From: Eledone cirrhosa
Taxonomy: Eukaryota
Direction of reading: 5' to 3'
Assembly: GCA_964016885.1 (NCBI GenBank)
Contig: OZ024742.1
Coordinates: 10,044,001-10,108,000, forward strand
Length of the DNA stretch: 64,000 nt
Part shown: positions 1-13,072 of the stretch, one piece after another
How positions within the stretch are numbered: position 1 is the stretch's first letter
Layout: every line of letters starts with the position of its first letter
The notes under the pieces: generated by a model
The model's database searches: none
What the model was told of the DNA's origin: nothing
What the model saw: the letters and a program-made list of their open reading frames with translations, nothing else
Made by a program: the position numbers and the translations under genes

Positions 1-1031
1 CTAAAATCTGATAATGGGGGTCGGTACAGATCTGTGATAATGGATTATAGGTTTCCCTTCATACATAGAACCATTTATCAACGTCGATATGTTATCAAAT
101 ATTTACCAAATGTAAACCTTGAGAAATTGGGTGCTGAAATCTTAAACAGAAATATCTCATCGTCATTCTGCAAACTCAATAAGAAACATGGTTATGATAT
201 AGAATATTCTCTAAGTGCAGTTCATTTGAACCTTAGATAAATACATAAATGAATAAATATTGAAATAAGTACATAGGAAGATATACAGGAAAAATAGAAA
301 AATCGTTGATTTAACCAAACATTCTGCAAAAGGAAGACGACCTCGATATTTGCAGAATTAATGTAGAATCTGGCTAGTTAAGCTAATAAGTAAAATCTGT
401 ATTGTGTACACCAGCATTATTGATTTTGAGGCCTGCTTGTTGCGGGTGTAGGGTTGAACGAGGTAGGGGCTGAAGCGGAGGAATGATGGGGGGGGGAGAT
501 TCAAGATGGAGTTAATGGGTATTTTGTGTAAGATAAATTTGATTAAAGAATGATGGAAAAATAACGTGGGCGTCGACGCAGAAAACAAAGTGTGATAGGA
601 GAATCTATAAGAGATGAAGATTGGAAATAAATGAAAAAAATAAGAGAAATGATAGAAGGATAGAATGTTGAAATGGTAGAATGTTGGAATGGTAGAATGG
701 TGGAATGGAGAAAGGAAGTGAGAGGTTGATAGAGAGAGGGGGGGGGGGGGGAATAAAATGAAATGATTTTAACAGAAAACACAGGAAAGAAAACAAAGAC
801 TAGTTGGATTAGTTTTAAAAGTAAATAGCAATTTAATATTCTTATATGAATAATTCAGTGCAAGAAATGATGTGACGATGGAACTGTCAGTATGTAAAGA
901 GATGGGGGGAGGGAGCTTAATAAACATTGAAGTTAGAGGAATAATATCTACTGTGGGAAGTTTACAGAGAGGGTGACAGTACTACATAGTAGCAGGAGTC
1001 GGACCATTTGATATTATTAAATGCTGTATGG

Positions 1032-1623
1032 TAGATAAATTCCTTTATTAGCCACAAGGGCACAACAGAAGGGGACAAATACAAATTGGGAGTTTACATA
1101 CAATTATATGAAAATAAAACTATTAATAAAATAACAAATAACAATTGACATCCCCAATAGGGGAGGCGTTACACAGGGGTTGTACACACCACGAAAAAAT
1201 GTACAACCCGCATCTCCAGGAGTACCAAGAGTGAGTACTCCCTTCCTCTCTTCCTCTTTTTCCTCAACCTACAGGATTATATAGAGAGAAGGCCCAACCA
1301 CTCGAAACATCTTTGCCACATTCACCCACCTTTTATAAAACTTGCCTCTCTCTCCATCCTGATTCTTCTTCGAAAATGATATTTGAAAAAACGAATCAGT
1401 TGCTCGCCGGAGAGAAATGTGTCTGACCTCAGCCCTTTTAACCTCGTCCACCATATAACCTCTTTCACCATAGCCATAACACAGAGGAAAACCGCCTCTC
1501 CCTCGTTTTTGAAGGAGTGTGGCGGTTTGATCATGACAATGGACTCGGTGGTCAACTGGATTGGTCACACCAGCGACAACAGTCGTTCTACATAGCCCCA
1601 CAGGTCGGAAACGCCCGGGCAGT
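1032..1623 (-). mobile_element. Tx1/L1-clade LINE, 5'-truncated 3' fragment (copy T1)
   Basis: ORFs 1322-1555 and 1269-1601 match the ORF2 C-terminus of the other copies (EVIWWTRLKGL...GPSLYIIL). The 3' UTR ends in AATAAA (tttatt on +). The 5' end abuts a (GATA)n tract. Confidence 0.9.
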
Positions 1624-1866
1624 TAGATAGATAGATAGATAAGTTTCTATTTATTTGCCACGAGAGCACAAAAGAAGGGGACAAATACAAGGGGGGAGTT
1701 TCCATAAAGGAACGAGTAAAAAACAAATAACAAATATAAAATTAACAATACAGTCCTCAATAGGGAGGAGGCGTTTGGGGGGATACACACCCACCCGAAA
1801 AAGTGTGCAACCCTTTTCCTTAGGAGCACAGAGAGGAGGTGCTCCTTTGCACTTCCACCTTTCCAC

Positions 1867-4800
1867 CTACAGGTTGATATAGAGAGAAGGCCCATTCACA
1901 CGGGTCATTCTCGCTACTTTCACCCACCTTTCATAAAACTTGCTGGGGTAGAGCACCTCTCTCTCCATTCTGATCCTTCTCTTAAAATGGTATTTAAAGA
2001 AAAGGACCAGTTGTTGGCCGGAGAGAAAGGTGTCCGACCTCAGCCCTTTCAAACGTGTCCACCATACCTCCTCTTTCACCATGGCTACTACACAGAGGAA
2101 GACCGCCTCTCCTTCATGTTTGAAGGGGGGAGGCGGCTTCATCGTTACAATGGTCAACCGGATTGGTCCCACCCGTTACAGCAGTCGTTCGACATAGCCC
2201 CACAGATCGGCAACGCCCGAGCTGTGTACCAATGCGTGTGCAACGGTTTCCTCGCACGGTTTCTGTAGAGTGTTTCTAGAACGGGCAGTGCCCCTCGGTG
2301 GCAGTGCCAGGCCAGGGACTTCTGGAAGTTGTCCATAGGTCCCGGGCCAAATGTCCTCCCGAATAGGCTGGCCAGTTCGTCTTCCTCCATGCCTAGGGCT
2401 TGTCCGAGGGCGTCGTCGGACCTACTAACCATCAGTCCTCTATAGAATGACGAGGTGGAGTCTCCACCGATAATCGGGTCCGCCTGCCGGAGAGCCGTGA
2501 GCGCCTGGGCACACTCGGTGTGCCAGGCGCCCAGTTTTCTCGGTCTTTGCTTGACCCAGGACTGCAGCTCGGTGAGCGAGATGAGTCTCGGAAAGGCTCG
2601 CCTCACAAACGGGGCCCACAACGGTTGACCGGTGAGGAATACCTGGAGGTGCCGTAGCCTTAATGCGTGTTTACGCATCAGCAACCACGGCATCCCCAAC
2701 CCTCCTTTCGAAGGGTGTTGACAGCAGATGGATCTCCTCACCAAAGAAAGCCCGCTTCTTCCAAAGGAATTAGAAGAGTGCGCGCTCCATTTTGGTGAGC
2801 GTTTCTCTTGGGCAAGGCACGACGGTCATAGATGACGGACGATATATAAGCGTTCGCCACCTCCGCCCGACCTTTCAGGGATAGTTTGCACTCAACCTAC
2901 TTCTGCGTCAGCGCAAACACCCTGTTCGATACCTCACCCCAGTTCTTCTCCACCTGGAGGTCTGGTCCGAACCAGACCCCGAGTAACTTCACCGGGCCCT
3001 CCGTCTAACGTCCGATGACGCCGTTGGAGGCCATCGGTTTGACCCTCCACTCGCCGAGTTGCAAACTGACTGACTTGTCCCGGTTCAGCTTAGCCCCTGT
3101 AAACTTTTCGTATTCCTCCAGTAAGGCACCGATCACTCCGATTTCCAAGGCGGTTGACACGTCATCGGCGTAGGCCGACACCACTTTCCGCAATCTCGGT
3201 TCCAAAGGGATGCTCTGTAACAACTCCAACTTCCGCAGCAGTGGCTCTAGGGCCAATACATATAGAAGGGGGGGGGGGGGGGGGGGAGAGGGCATCCCTG
3301 TCGGATGGACCGCGTGATTTCGAACGGCTCCGAAAGGTAGCCGTTCACCTTGACCCTAGAGCAGATGCGTCTATTGTGCATGTCAGTGATCCATCCCTGA
3401 AAACGGGTCAGAAACCTGCCGCCACTAGCACCGCATCCAGGTAACGATGGTCGACCCTATCGAACACCTTAGATTGATCCAAGTTGATCAGGGACTACGC
3501 CTTGGACTACGCCCTTGGTCACAGAACAGGGAATTCTCCCGCTCTGTTGCCAGTTGCAGTAGACCGCTTCGAGGAGATCGAAGAACAAGTCCGGCATATT
3601 TAAATACAGTTCGTATGGAAGACCATCGATGCCCGGAGATTTGCTTCTGCCGCATTGGCTCAGTACGTCCCCTATTTCAGCAGCTGAGATCGGCCTCTCG
3701 CAGGACTTCGCCTCCTCGTCCGAAAGACGCGGCAGGCCGTTGAGGTATGGACCGAGGTCCACATCCCTGTCCGGTCCCTCGTCCCTTCCGAACAATCGGG
3801 CAAAGTGCCTTTGAAAGGCCTCGCACATCTGCTTAGGTTCAAGGATCACCCGTCCATCCTGGTCTCGCAAAGACTGGATAGTGGATCTAGTCCCACTTTT
3901 GGCTTCTGTCACGCGGGCCCAGCTAACAGCTTTGGTCCCCTCGTTTCCCAGAGCACATATTTTGCTTCCGACAACGCAGCCTTCGTGTTTCGCGTCGAAG
4001 AACTGGCCCCAGGCCGTTCTCGACGCTAGCACTCTGGCTACGTCGCCGCTTCTAATTGCCTCTTCTACACTATCTACCAACTCCCTTTCCTTCCTATTTC
4101 TATCTGAGGCTAACTCCTTACTAACTCCTATTGAAGCTACTCTAATCTCTCTTTTGAGAGAGCCCCACCACCTGCTGTTGACGATGGCGCCCATCAACCG
4201 CTCCTTAACTAATGTACTAATCCGGTTCTTGTAAGCTTTACTTGCCGGTAAGGACAAGTTGAGCTTCCAGTAACCGGGTCCCTGTCTATGCGTTCTACCA
4301 AGGTTGACCATGGAGGTCACTAACTTGTGGTCTAAATAGCCAACCATGAGCATTTTTGGACAACTTAAAAAGTCCCTATCCTTATTTCTAACTAAGAACC
4401 TATCTAGGTACGATCTAGATTGACCGCTATGATTTATCCAAGTCCAGGTTGGCACAGTCGGAAAATCTAGTCGATATCTATCGGCCAGGTCGAATCGGCC
4501 GATTAACCCATTGTGGCTGTACAACATCCTCTATCAGGACAAGCCCATACATAGTCCCAACGTGCATCTAGGATACCATTCCAGTCCCCCACTAAAAGCA
4601 AGGAGCAGGACGTCCCTAGAAAAGTCTCCAGACGATGGAAGAAGTCCGGCCGCGTTGACCCAAAATGGCCGTAGACGGCGACCAACCTAAAAGCTCCGCC
4701 TTCACCGCTGCCAATGTTCAGAACCACTAGTCGACCCTCCGGGTCCAAGTGTACCGTCTGTGTAACGAAACCCAGATGTTTTTTCCGCAGAACGACAACC

Positions 4801-5007
4801 CCACCCCCAATCACCGGGCTGACAGAGAGAAGCGTGCATCTCAAAGTCATCAAAGGTGGGGGCCAGCTGTCGCACGCTCCTGATCCGGGCCTCGCAAATA
4901 ACCATCACATTTATACATCGTGACCTGAGGTCATTTAGAAGCATTGCTTGCTTCCAAAGTGAGCCCAGGCCACGCGCATTTAGACAACCTATTCTCAACA
5001 CAGCCAT
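1867..5007 (-). pseudogene. LINE ORF2 (APE endonuclease plus reverse transcriptase), frameshifted with internal deletions
   Basis: MAVLRIGCLNARGL, ICE, VGDWN, SYLDRF and DHK (APE). GYWKLN, KSPGIDGLPYE, FDRVDH, AYADD and GGLG (RT). Deletions near 3490 (RT motifs 1-2) and 2260 (C-terminal CxxC). Confidence 0.9.
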
Positions 5008-5239
5008 GTAAAGAGAAAAGGCACCTACCTCTCTGCATCCCGGGGACCAGGCCGCACAATTTCCATGGGGTGGGGGATGGGTTGTTGGGTGGGGTGGTGG
5101 TTTGTGGAAGTGTAGGGGCATCAGTGTGTGGTGGGGTTGGTGTGTTTGGAGTTGTGTGGGTGTCTGGGGGCGGGGAAATTTTTCAGGAGGACACGGTTAA
5201 TGGGTCTGACGCAGGGGAGCCCCCTCGTCCTCTTTAAAA

Positions 5240-6914
5240 GTGTCTGTTAACGATTTGTAAATGTCCATTGGGGCTTTTATCATTTTTAGATGGGGAAGCC
5301 CCGTTGCTTGTGCGAAATTCGAACCTTCGGTTTTTATTAAGTTATTGTTATAAATAACGTTATAACAGTTTTTTTATTTATTGTACTTAGGTAGGTATAT
5401 GCATATTTTTCTTTTTGCGTGATGTTTTTTGTTTGCTGTTGTTGTGTGTGTTTTTTGTGTTCATGTCTGTGTTATGGCTTGGGGAGGGCTTGTTTCTATT
5501 TGTGTTCCTGTGGTGTGTTTTCTTTTGTTTCTTTTAACTTTATAAAAGTCCCCCCCCCCCACGTCAGACAACGAAAGAGGGTCGTCTTCCGTATTCGAGG
5601 GGAGGGGTTCATTTTCGGCTCGTGTTTGTGGTGTGGGTGTTATTCTATTTGTTTTCTGTGTGGGGTGGATGGGTGGGATTGTTTTCAGTTGTGTTTTAAC
5701 TTGTGGTGTTAGTTGTTTTTGTGGGGGGGGGGGTTGTAGTTGTTGGTGTGGGCAAAATCGGTGTTTTTTTGTTTGCTTGGGAACAGGCAGCCCTCAGGTG
5801 ACCTCTGCCACCACAGAGGTAACAAGTGGGTCGTCTACCCTCCACTGTGATGTGTAAGTAGGCAAGCCCATCCAGCAATATGCGGTCGGGGATCCTAGCA
5901 ATTCGTTCTGGCTGCATTTGCACCAGAACTTGCAGGCTAGTTCCACCGAACACGTTGCTGGAAGACTTACCTACCGAAATTACTGCATCCTCTTTCAAGT
6001 CGAGGAGGCCACACATTACCGCCCAAAAATCAATATCTGGATCGATAGTGTGTTTGGTCAATCTTTGTGTTTTTCTTCCCAAATACGTTGGGAAGAAGGT
6101 AAATAAGGGAGACACAATTGGGGTCAGGGAATATTTTTAGGCCGTCAATTTATCTTTCATTCGGATGGATAGACTACCGTAGAGTCTATCCTTCCGAATG
6201 AATACAATGTTTTTCAGATGATCTTTTAACGCCAGTTCAATCTGTCTGTGTGAGTTTTACTGGCTTACGGGTTTTGTTTGATAGTGTCCCATAAATAATA
6301 GTTTTTAAGCTATTTTTATTTTTTTAGCTCTGGGGCAGAATTTAAAGAAAATAGACCATTCTCCTCCAAAGTTATATACTTCCGTGCATTTTCCATTTGC
6401 TGGGCCATGTTCGAAATGTCAATAGGTTCGTACACGATAGTTTTTTTTATGCTTTGCGCGAACGTCATTTTGTTCGCCCCCTCTCTGTTTACATTTGTCG
6501 AAATGTGGTGGTTTTCTTGTTTTTGTTGTTACAATTTTCATTTTTTGTTGTGTTTGTGTTATTTATGTTGTTGTATGCGTTCACATTTTTTTCCCCGTTG
6601 GGGTTAGACTCCATTTTTTCAAAATGTTCACTTATATTTTCCTTATCCGAGAGACTTGTAGTCACAGCTACTACTTCTCTTTCAGCTTTGCTGGTGGGCG
6701 TGGCACCGTGAAAAGTCGAAACGGCATCCATTAATGTTGGCAATTTCTCCGATTCAATTTCTTCCATATTTTTTTCATTAGGGTTAGGCTCCATTTTTTC
6801 AATGTTTCTAATAATCATTATTCTTTCAGTAGGGAGGCTTGTTGCCTCAGCTACCCGCTCTCCTTCAGTTTGTTTAGTGGGCGTGTCATCGTTACCTGTG
6901 GTAATGGCTTCCAT
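5240..6914 (-). pseudogene. LINE ORF1 (gag-like, CCHC zinc knuckle), disrupted
   Basis: CYLCGGRGHLRAAC (CX2CX4HX4C) in ORF 5696-6115. It lies upstream of ORF2 on the same strand. ATG at 6914 (MEAITT). The 3' boundary is approximate. Confidence 0.75.
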
Positions 6915-7120
6915 TACAACTAGCGTAGAGACAATCACAAGATTTTTAGGATGAAAAATTTCACCCCAAAAGGGTTGAAATAAATTAACCCTAATGTTCG
7001 AAGACCCAGGCAAGGGGGTTAATTAACACAATAACGCAAGAATACAGACAAACACTTACTGTTAACACGTAATATATCCAATAATCGAGGGGCCGATGTG
7101 AAGGACGTCTATACCATCCA

Positions 7121-7361
7121 GAGATAGATAGATAGATTTCTTTATTTGCCACAGAGACGTACAAAAATGGGACATTGCAAGACGTGACGGCGGGGGTTTA
7201 CATAAGAATCATATAACTTTAACATTAATAAATAACAATAAACTATATATAATAAAATAACAATTGAAATCCCCAGTAGGGGGGAACGTTACTGCAGGGT
7301 TGTTTTACACCCCGTGGATAGGACAACCCTCAACACCAGGAACACGTTTGTAGGTGTTCCT
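7121..7361 (-). mobile_element. Tx1 3' UTR-only fragment (copy T3)
   Basis: (GATA)n followed by tttctttatttgccaca. Closely similar to the 3' UTR at 55101-55330. Followed again by gatagatag. Confidence 0.85.
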
Positions 7362-7860
7362 ATAGATAGATAGAGGGAGAGAGAGAGAAAGAAGTGAGAG
7401 AAGGGTAGTGAAAGAAAGGGGGAGATAAAGAAAAAGAGGATGGAGTACGGGGATTGAGAGAGAAATGTAGTGAGGGAGCGAGAGTGGGTGGTTGGAGGTG
7501 AGAGTTATGGTGGACAAAATTGGTAGCGGAAAAGAGAATGAGAAATAGAGAGCGAGGCAGGGGGAGAGAGAGGGAGGGAGAGAGAGAGAACGAGCTTGAG
7601 AGAGAAAGGAGGAGAAGTAGAAAGAGAGAACGGGCTTGAGAGAGAAAGGGGGTGGTGAGAGAGAGAGAGAGAAGTAGATCAAGAGAAAGGTGAGAGAGAG
7701 GGAGAGAAGTAGAAAGAGAGAGAGAACGGGCTTGAGAGAGAAAGGAGGTGGTGAGAGAGGTGAGAGAGAGGGGGAGAAGTAGAGAGAGAGAGAGAGAACG
7801 GGCTTGAGAGAGAAAGGAGGGGGTGAGAGAGGTGAGAGAGAGGAGGGTAGAAAAGGAGAG
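7362..7860. repeat. GA-rich low-complexity region with about four degenerate units (gagagaacgggcttgagagagaaagg)
   Basis: The motif recurs near 7585, 7625, 7720 and 7795. Confidence 0.75.
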
Positions 7861-8009
7861 TGGACAAAGAAAGCTATGTGACTTGAATGATAGAAATAAT
7901 CGACAGTGAGAGACAATCCAGTGTAGAAAGTAAGATATCTGTATAGTAGGAATAGTATACTGTATATCATCATAACCAGGATCCGATGCTTGAGTTTGGA
8001 CATATCTTA

Positions 8010-10860
8010 TTATACTGACTATACACTTTAGTCTTTATTGTGTTGTATCAGATGAAAGAATGGTTTTTAACTAATGTATTGGTATGCGATGGGGCCCACC
8101 CACAGACCCGGCGGACAGAATGGAGAAGGCGTTTCCCCGGAGGATGGCAAGGGAGACGCGCTGGAAAAGCCACTCCAACTCGCGGGGCTCACACCTGCGG
8201 ATGGCCAGCTCAGCGCCTATGTTGGTAAGTAAGGAGCTAGCCCTGGGGCCGAGGACACTAGAAGTCTCCACTGCCAGGGGAACGACCGCAAACCTGTCGG
8301 AGAGCGACCAGTATTTGAGGCGTTTGGCCCCCTCAGCCCGACGTGCAGCAGAACCTGGGTCAATCGCAGACTGCACCAGGTTGCGGCTGCAGAAAGTTTT
8401 GGTGCAAGTGGCATCCCAGACGAGGGGTTTGTCACCGCGGAACGGGAAGATGGCCATGCCATCTGGCTTTTGCCGTCCCCTCGATCCAGCCCCACCGGCT
8501 CGAGCTGGAAAGGGAAGCCTGCAGCGTCCAAGCCATGCTTAATGAACTCGTTGAGGGCAGCATGGCGTGGAATGCGGCCGGCACTGTGGCGACAGGAAAG
8601 CCCGTGGAGGCCGAAAGAGTGAACGGTGGAATCGTAGCGACATTGGTGTGGCTGGCAGATCCGGAAGCCGAGCCTCAGGGAAACGTCGATTCGTAGGCTA
8701 TGGTTGTCTAGCTGCGTGCCAGTGGAGAAGGAGGGCAGGGCATGGAGCCAGGCACCACTGTGGGGTTTGGAGGCCGCACTAAAACAAGCAAGGCGGTGCT
8801 GGTCAAGCCGGCGCGTGAGCCTGTCTGAGGCATCCCATGTGCGTTGGGGGGACTTGACGTCAACAGGGGGAGAAGGAGGAGGGGCGTCTACTGGGCTAAG
8901 TCCCAGCCGGTCCCACGTCTCACAAGCGGCCTCACGTTCTCTGAACACAGAGGGTTCTGTTGTGTTTTGAAGAACCCTGCTGACGAGGACGCGGCACGAG
9001 GTTACCGACGAAAGATATGCCGGCAAAGCTAGTGAGAACGGGGACGGAATCCAAAGCCGCCATACCTGACCGGTAAAGTGGCCTGTTGCCACCCTATGTC
9101 GTCAAACCTGACGTTGCATATCCCCTCGGCTACTGCTCAGATACAAGTATCGAGGTCAGCGAGGAGAGATGTGTGGGTGTAGCATGGAGCGCTGCGGAGT
9201 GTATAGAGGAGCTTCGGCATGGCGAAGCAGTTCCTCAGCAGAAAGAGAGCTGGGTGGCAGTCAATCAAGCCCAGTCGGCTCGTGAGAGTCTGGAGCTGTT
9301 GAAGCCTGGACCTGATGGTGGAGCGGATGGCCGGCCGGTGGATCGGTGACCCGAGGATGAAGACATCCTCTTTGGGGGTCACCTGAATCTGGCGGAGAAT
9401 GGACCGCACTTCCAAGACGGAGGCTGCAAAGCTCGCAGCATCGAGCCTGACGTTCATCACCTCCGACTTGGCCGAGTTGACCTGGAGGCCGATTCCCGCC
9501 AGGGCAGGAATCACCGATTGATGGTCTTGGCAGACCGTCCGTACGGGCCCGCCCAACGTAGCATCATCCAGATGTTGAGAGGGGCCGTGATACTCCGGGC
9601 GATGGGGTCAATACCAAGGACGAACAGGAGGGGTCCCAAAAGCGTCGCCCTGTTGGAACCCAGTAGCCGAGGGTATGACCGTATCAGCAGCTAGGAGCAT
9701 ACTCGGGGCTCCATATGACAGGTAGGCCAGCGGGTAGGCAGAGGGGGCTCGGCTGAGGCAGGCCTCGAGCAGATGATCCCGGCGTAAAGAGTTAAAGGCA
9801 TTCCTCATGTCAAGCTTGACAATGAGGTACCTGGAGTCCCTGGATGCCGGTACCGATGGGCAGTTGCTGAAGAACTGCTTGATTGCATGAGCGGCTCCCT
9901 CACAGTCACCGGATACGCCGACACCCAGTTGCACCGGACTAAACTCCTCACCCATTCCGTGTGTGACGGACTTGCAGATCACCTTGGCAGCCAGCCTCCG
10001 GAAGACATTGCCCACAGCAATGGGGCGTATGCCACCCTCTTTCTTCCTGAGAGCGGTTAGGCTGGCCGAAAAAAAGTGGTCTCGGGCGTAAGGGTCGAGG
10101 GCACCATGAATGAGCCTATTGGTGAGCACCACAATTGCACTCAGAAGGCGGTGCCCGGCCTCAGCGGAGAGGGGGATGTCAACTCCTTGATGTGGCTTGG
10201 TCTGAGACCATCAACACCTCCACAGCTGCTAGCTGGGAAGGACCTGATGGCGGACATGATATCTGCATCAGTTGCCACAAGGAGCAGGTGTGGGTCTGGT
10301 GGGGGTATGGGTCTGAGTTCAGTGGGTGGCTCAGGGTGTTTGAGCCGCAGAGCAGCCAGGACCTCCTCGGTGGGTTGGAGGACAGTGTCCTCTGAGGCAA
10401 CAACTATGACTGCGGCCGTGACATCACCCATGATAAGCTTTGCGTTTACCTGGTCACGCAAACGCTTGGCGCTGGCCTCGGGGGTGGGGTGTGTGGCGTC
10501 CCTGGGCACGCTTGGAATGGGCGCTCGCCCAAATGGCGAGACATTGGCCTTGACGAAAGCTGCTGTTGACCGGCCGCCCCGGTCAGCGCCGGAGCTGGGA
10601 AGGCCGAGGGCGAGTGTGGAGAAATAGAACAGCCGCGCCCAGTCACTAGCTCGATTGGAGTCCAGGGTGCTCTCAATCGAGGAAGAGAGGGCATCGGCTA
10701 CCGGCACCCGTGCCACTCTAGGGATCCTGAGTGGGATCTTCCGGAGCCGCCTGAGCCGAGTGATGTTGACCAGCGAGGCTTGGGCGTCAGGCAAGCTCGC
10801 TGTCCCATCTGGTGGTGTGCCAGACGGCCATGGGTGGGAAGACGTGGGGAGAGGCAGCTC
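8010..10860 (-). mobile_element. CRE-clade-like non-LTR retrotransposon (RT plus restriction-like endonuclease), decayed and 5'-incomplete
   Basis: GGIRPIAVGNVFRRLAAK, QLGVG, VKLDMRNAFNS, GFQQGD, LDDATLGG, QATLPVRYGGFG, then C-x-C...HGLSC...RHAALN, LDRGDGK(R)PDG and LVWDATC (PD-D/ExK RLE). The C-terminus reads FQRVSLAILRGNA. AATAAA is near 8035. Boundaries are approximate. Confidence 0.85.
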
Positions 10861-10864
10861 CTGC

Positions 10865-11640
10865 ACCTCCACAACATCATCATCATCAACATCCACATCA
10901 CTAGAACCACCACCATCACCACCAATACCACAACCACCAAAATACAACCACCACCATCACTACCACTACCACCAATACAACCACCACTATCTCCACCACC
11001 ACCAATACAACCACCACTACCACCACCACTACCACCACTACCACTACCACCACCACCACCATCATCAATACAACCACCACTACCACCACCATCACCAATA
11101 CAACCACCACTACCACCACCATCACCAATACAACCACCACTATCCCCACCAATACAAACACCACTACCACCACCACCAATACAACCACCACTACCACCAC
11201 CATCACCAATACAACCACCACTATCCCCACCAATACAAACACCACTACCACCACCACCAATACAACCACCACTACCACCACCATCACCAATACAACCACC
11301 ACTACCACCACTACCACCACCAACACCACCATCACCAATACAAACACCACCATCACCACCACCCCCACCACCATCATCACCAATACAAACACCACCATCA
11401 CCACTACCACCACCACCATCACCAATACAACCACCACTACCACCACAACCACCACCACCACCACCATCACCAATACAAACACCACAACCACCAGCACCAC
11501 CAGCACCAATACAACCACCACTACCACCACCATCACTAATACAACCACCACCACCACCACCACCACCACCAATACAACCACCACCACCACCACCACCACC
11601 ACCAATACAACCACCACTACCACCACCACCACCACCACTA
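10865..11640. repeat. (CCA)n-based low-complexity repeat with recurring accaatacaacc units
   Basis: Direct inspection. It produces spurious Pro/His/Gly/Val ORFs in several frames. Confidence 0.9.
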
Positions 11641-12164
11641 CGGCCATCAATAATTGAATCTGTAAACACACATTAAGTTTCCTATAAATGTACAATCTGT
11701 GTTTCGTCAGAAGAGACAGGAATAGAAAGATAGAAGTTGGTTACTGATTGAGTCACACTGAGGGAGACAATCTTGCTTTGTCCAACACAATGTGATAGAT
11801 AGAAAGGTAAATAGAACTCCGACCCCTCCTATTTTATTTTGAAGGATGCTGTGGGTTTCTCAGGGTAAGCAATTCCTCAAACAAGCTGAGACTTGAGATA
11901 TTCATTTCAGTATGAAGGGACCCTATTGACAAGTTTCCAAATATGTAGTTAGCTAGACATGTTGTTGGTTCTGTCGTTGCTTATATTTGTAGTTAGATAT
12001 GTATGAAGAAATGGTGGGGGCTCTGTATTGATGTACGGGGTTTCTAGAGCATTTTATTTAGAGCTGGTAGAGCCCATCTCTCCAGGTCTGAATACAGCAG
12101 ATTTCTCCCCAAGATAGATAAGAAATGAGAGAATGGAGGTGAGAAATAGATATAGAAAAATAAC

Positions 12165-12292
12165 TGACCCCAGTTTTAGACTGGTACTTTTTTTATCGAA
12201 CTTGAATGGATCAAAGACAAATTTGAGCTCGGCAGGATTTGAACTGAAAGCGTTCTATCCGATGTTCTAACAACTCTGCCGAATCACCGCCT
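12165..12292 (-). mobile_element. Degenerate tRNA-derived SINE (family A)
   Basis: gaccccagttttagactggtactttttttatcga...ctcggcaggatttgaact is the reverse complement of the family A body and B box. Confidence 0.65.
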
Positions 12293-12524
12293 TGCATTAA
12301 TGTTAGTACTAGTAAAGGTGGTAGAATGAAACTGCCGTTGAATAACACCTCCTGGTCCTTTGCTGGCTTTAACAGAGTCCACTCTGTTGTAGAGACTGAT
12401 GAGAAACCCCTCAGATGAACTGTACCTATAATACAAACGACTCATCACACCATATACAACGTTGAATCTCCCTGAGAATTGAAAGTCTCTAAAGTCTGGC
12501 TCAAGCCTGGAGGCTCGTCAGGAT

Positions 12525-12790
12525 GGTGGTTATTCTGGTTTCTATGGCAGGAAGCGACTAAGAGTACAAACCTTATCCTTCGTGAGGACAGCAGTCCATC
12601 ACAGTATTAGAGTCTATCTCGAGCTCGGAGGTTGATCGGGTTACCGTGGCGTGAAACAACAGAGAGTACAAGAGTACTCTCTCCTGGACAAGTTACCAGT
12701 CCATTATAGGGTTAAACTCCCAGCTAATGTTGATACACATTGACAGCTGAGTATACTTGGGTAACGTGAAATGAAATGTTTTGCTTCAGA
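12525..12790 (-). mobile_element. Degenerate SINE family B fragments (two partial copies)
   Basis: Reverse-complement similarity to 29040-29165 (ccagtccat..agggttaa, cagctgagt, gaaatgaa). Confidence 0.55.
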
Positions 12791-13072
12791 ATTACGTTAA
12801 GGGAATATGTTGACGGAACATTGTCACCTAAACATTCATTTCATTAACAAGTATCATTGATCGAATCATTGAAACACTCATCCTCGAAGCAAACGGGGGC
12901 TCATTCCATGTGAGTGTGTGTGTGTGTGAACGTAGCTGTGGGTTTGTGTGTGTGAGCGTGGCTGTTTGTGTGTGGTGTGTGTGAACATGGCTGTTTGTGT
13001 GAGGGGTATTATGTTTGGTGCGGTTCTGGGTGGTATTAGTGATACTTTAGATATTATTATTATTATTTATAA

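Larger units (their letters stand above)
1624..7120 (-). mobile_element. Tx1/L1-clade LINE, apparently full length but decayed (copy T2)
   Basis: ORF1 with a CCHC knuckle, then ORF2 with APE endonuclease and RT, then a 3' UTR with AATAAA and a (TATC)n tail. (GATA)n lies at both ends (1624-1640, 7121-7137). Confidence 0.92.

Noticed and set aside
10855-10930. CRE element targeting (CCA)n repeats
   Set aside because: The repeat is present only at the 5' side, and the 3' flank near 8010 has none.
10655-11695. Extensin-, histidine- or glycine-rich protein ORFs (also 50138-50787)
   Set aside because: Open in several frames on both strands simply because (CCA)n lacks stop codons.
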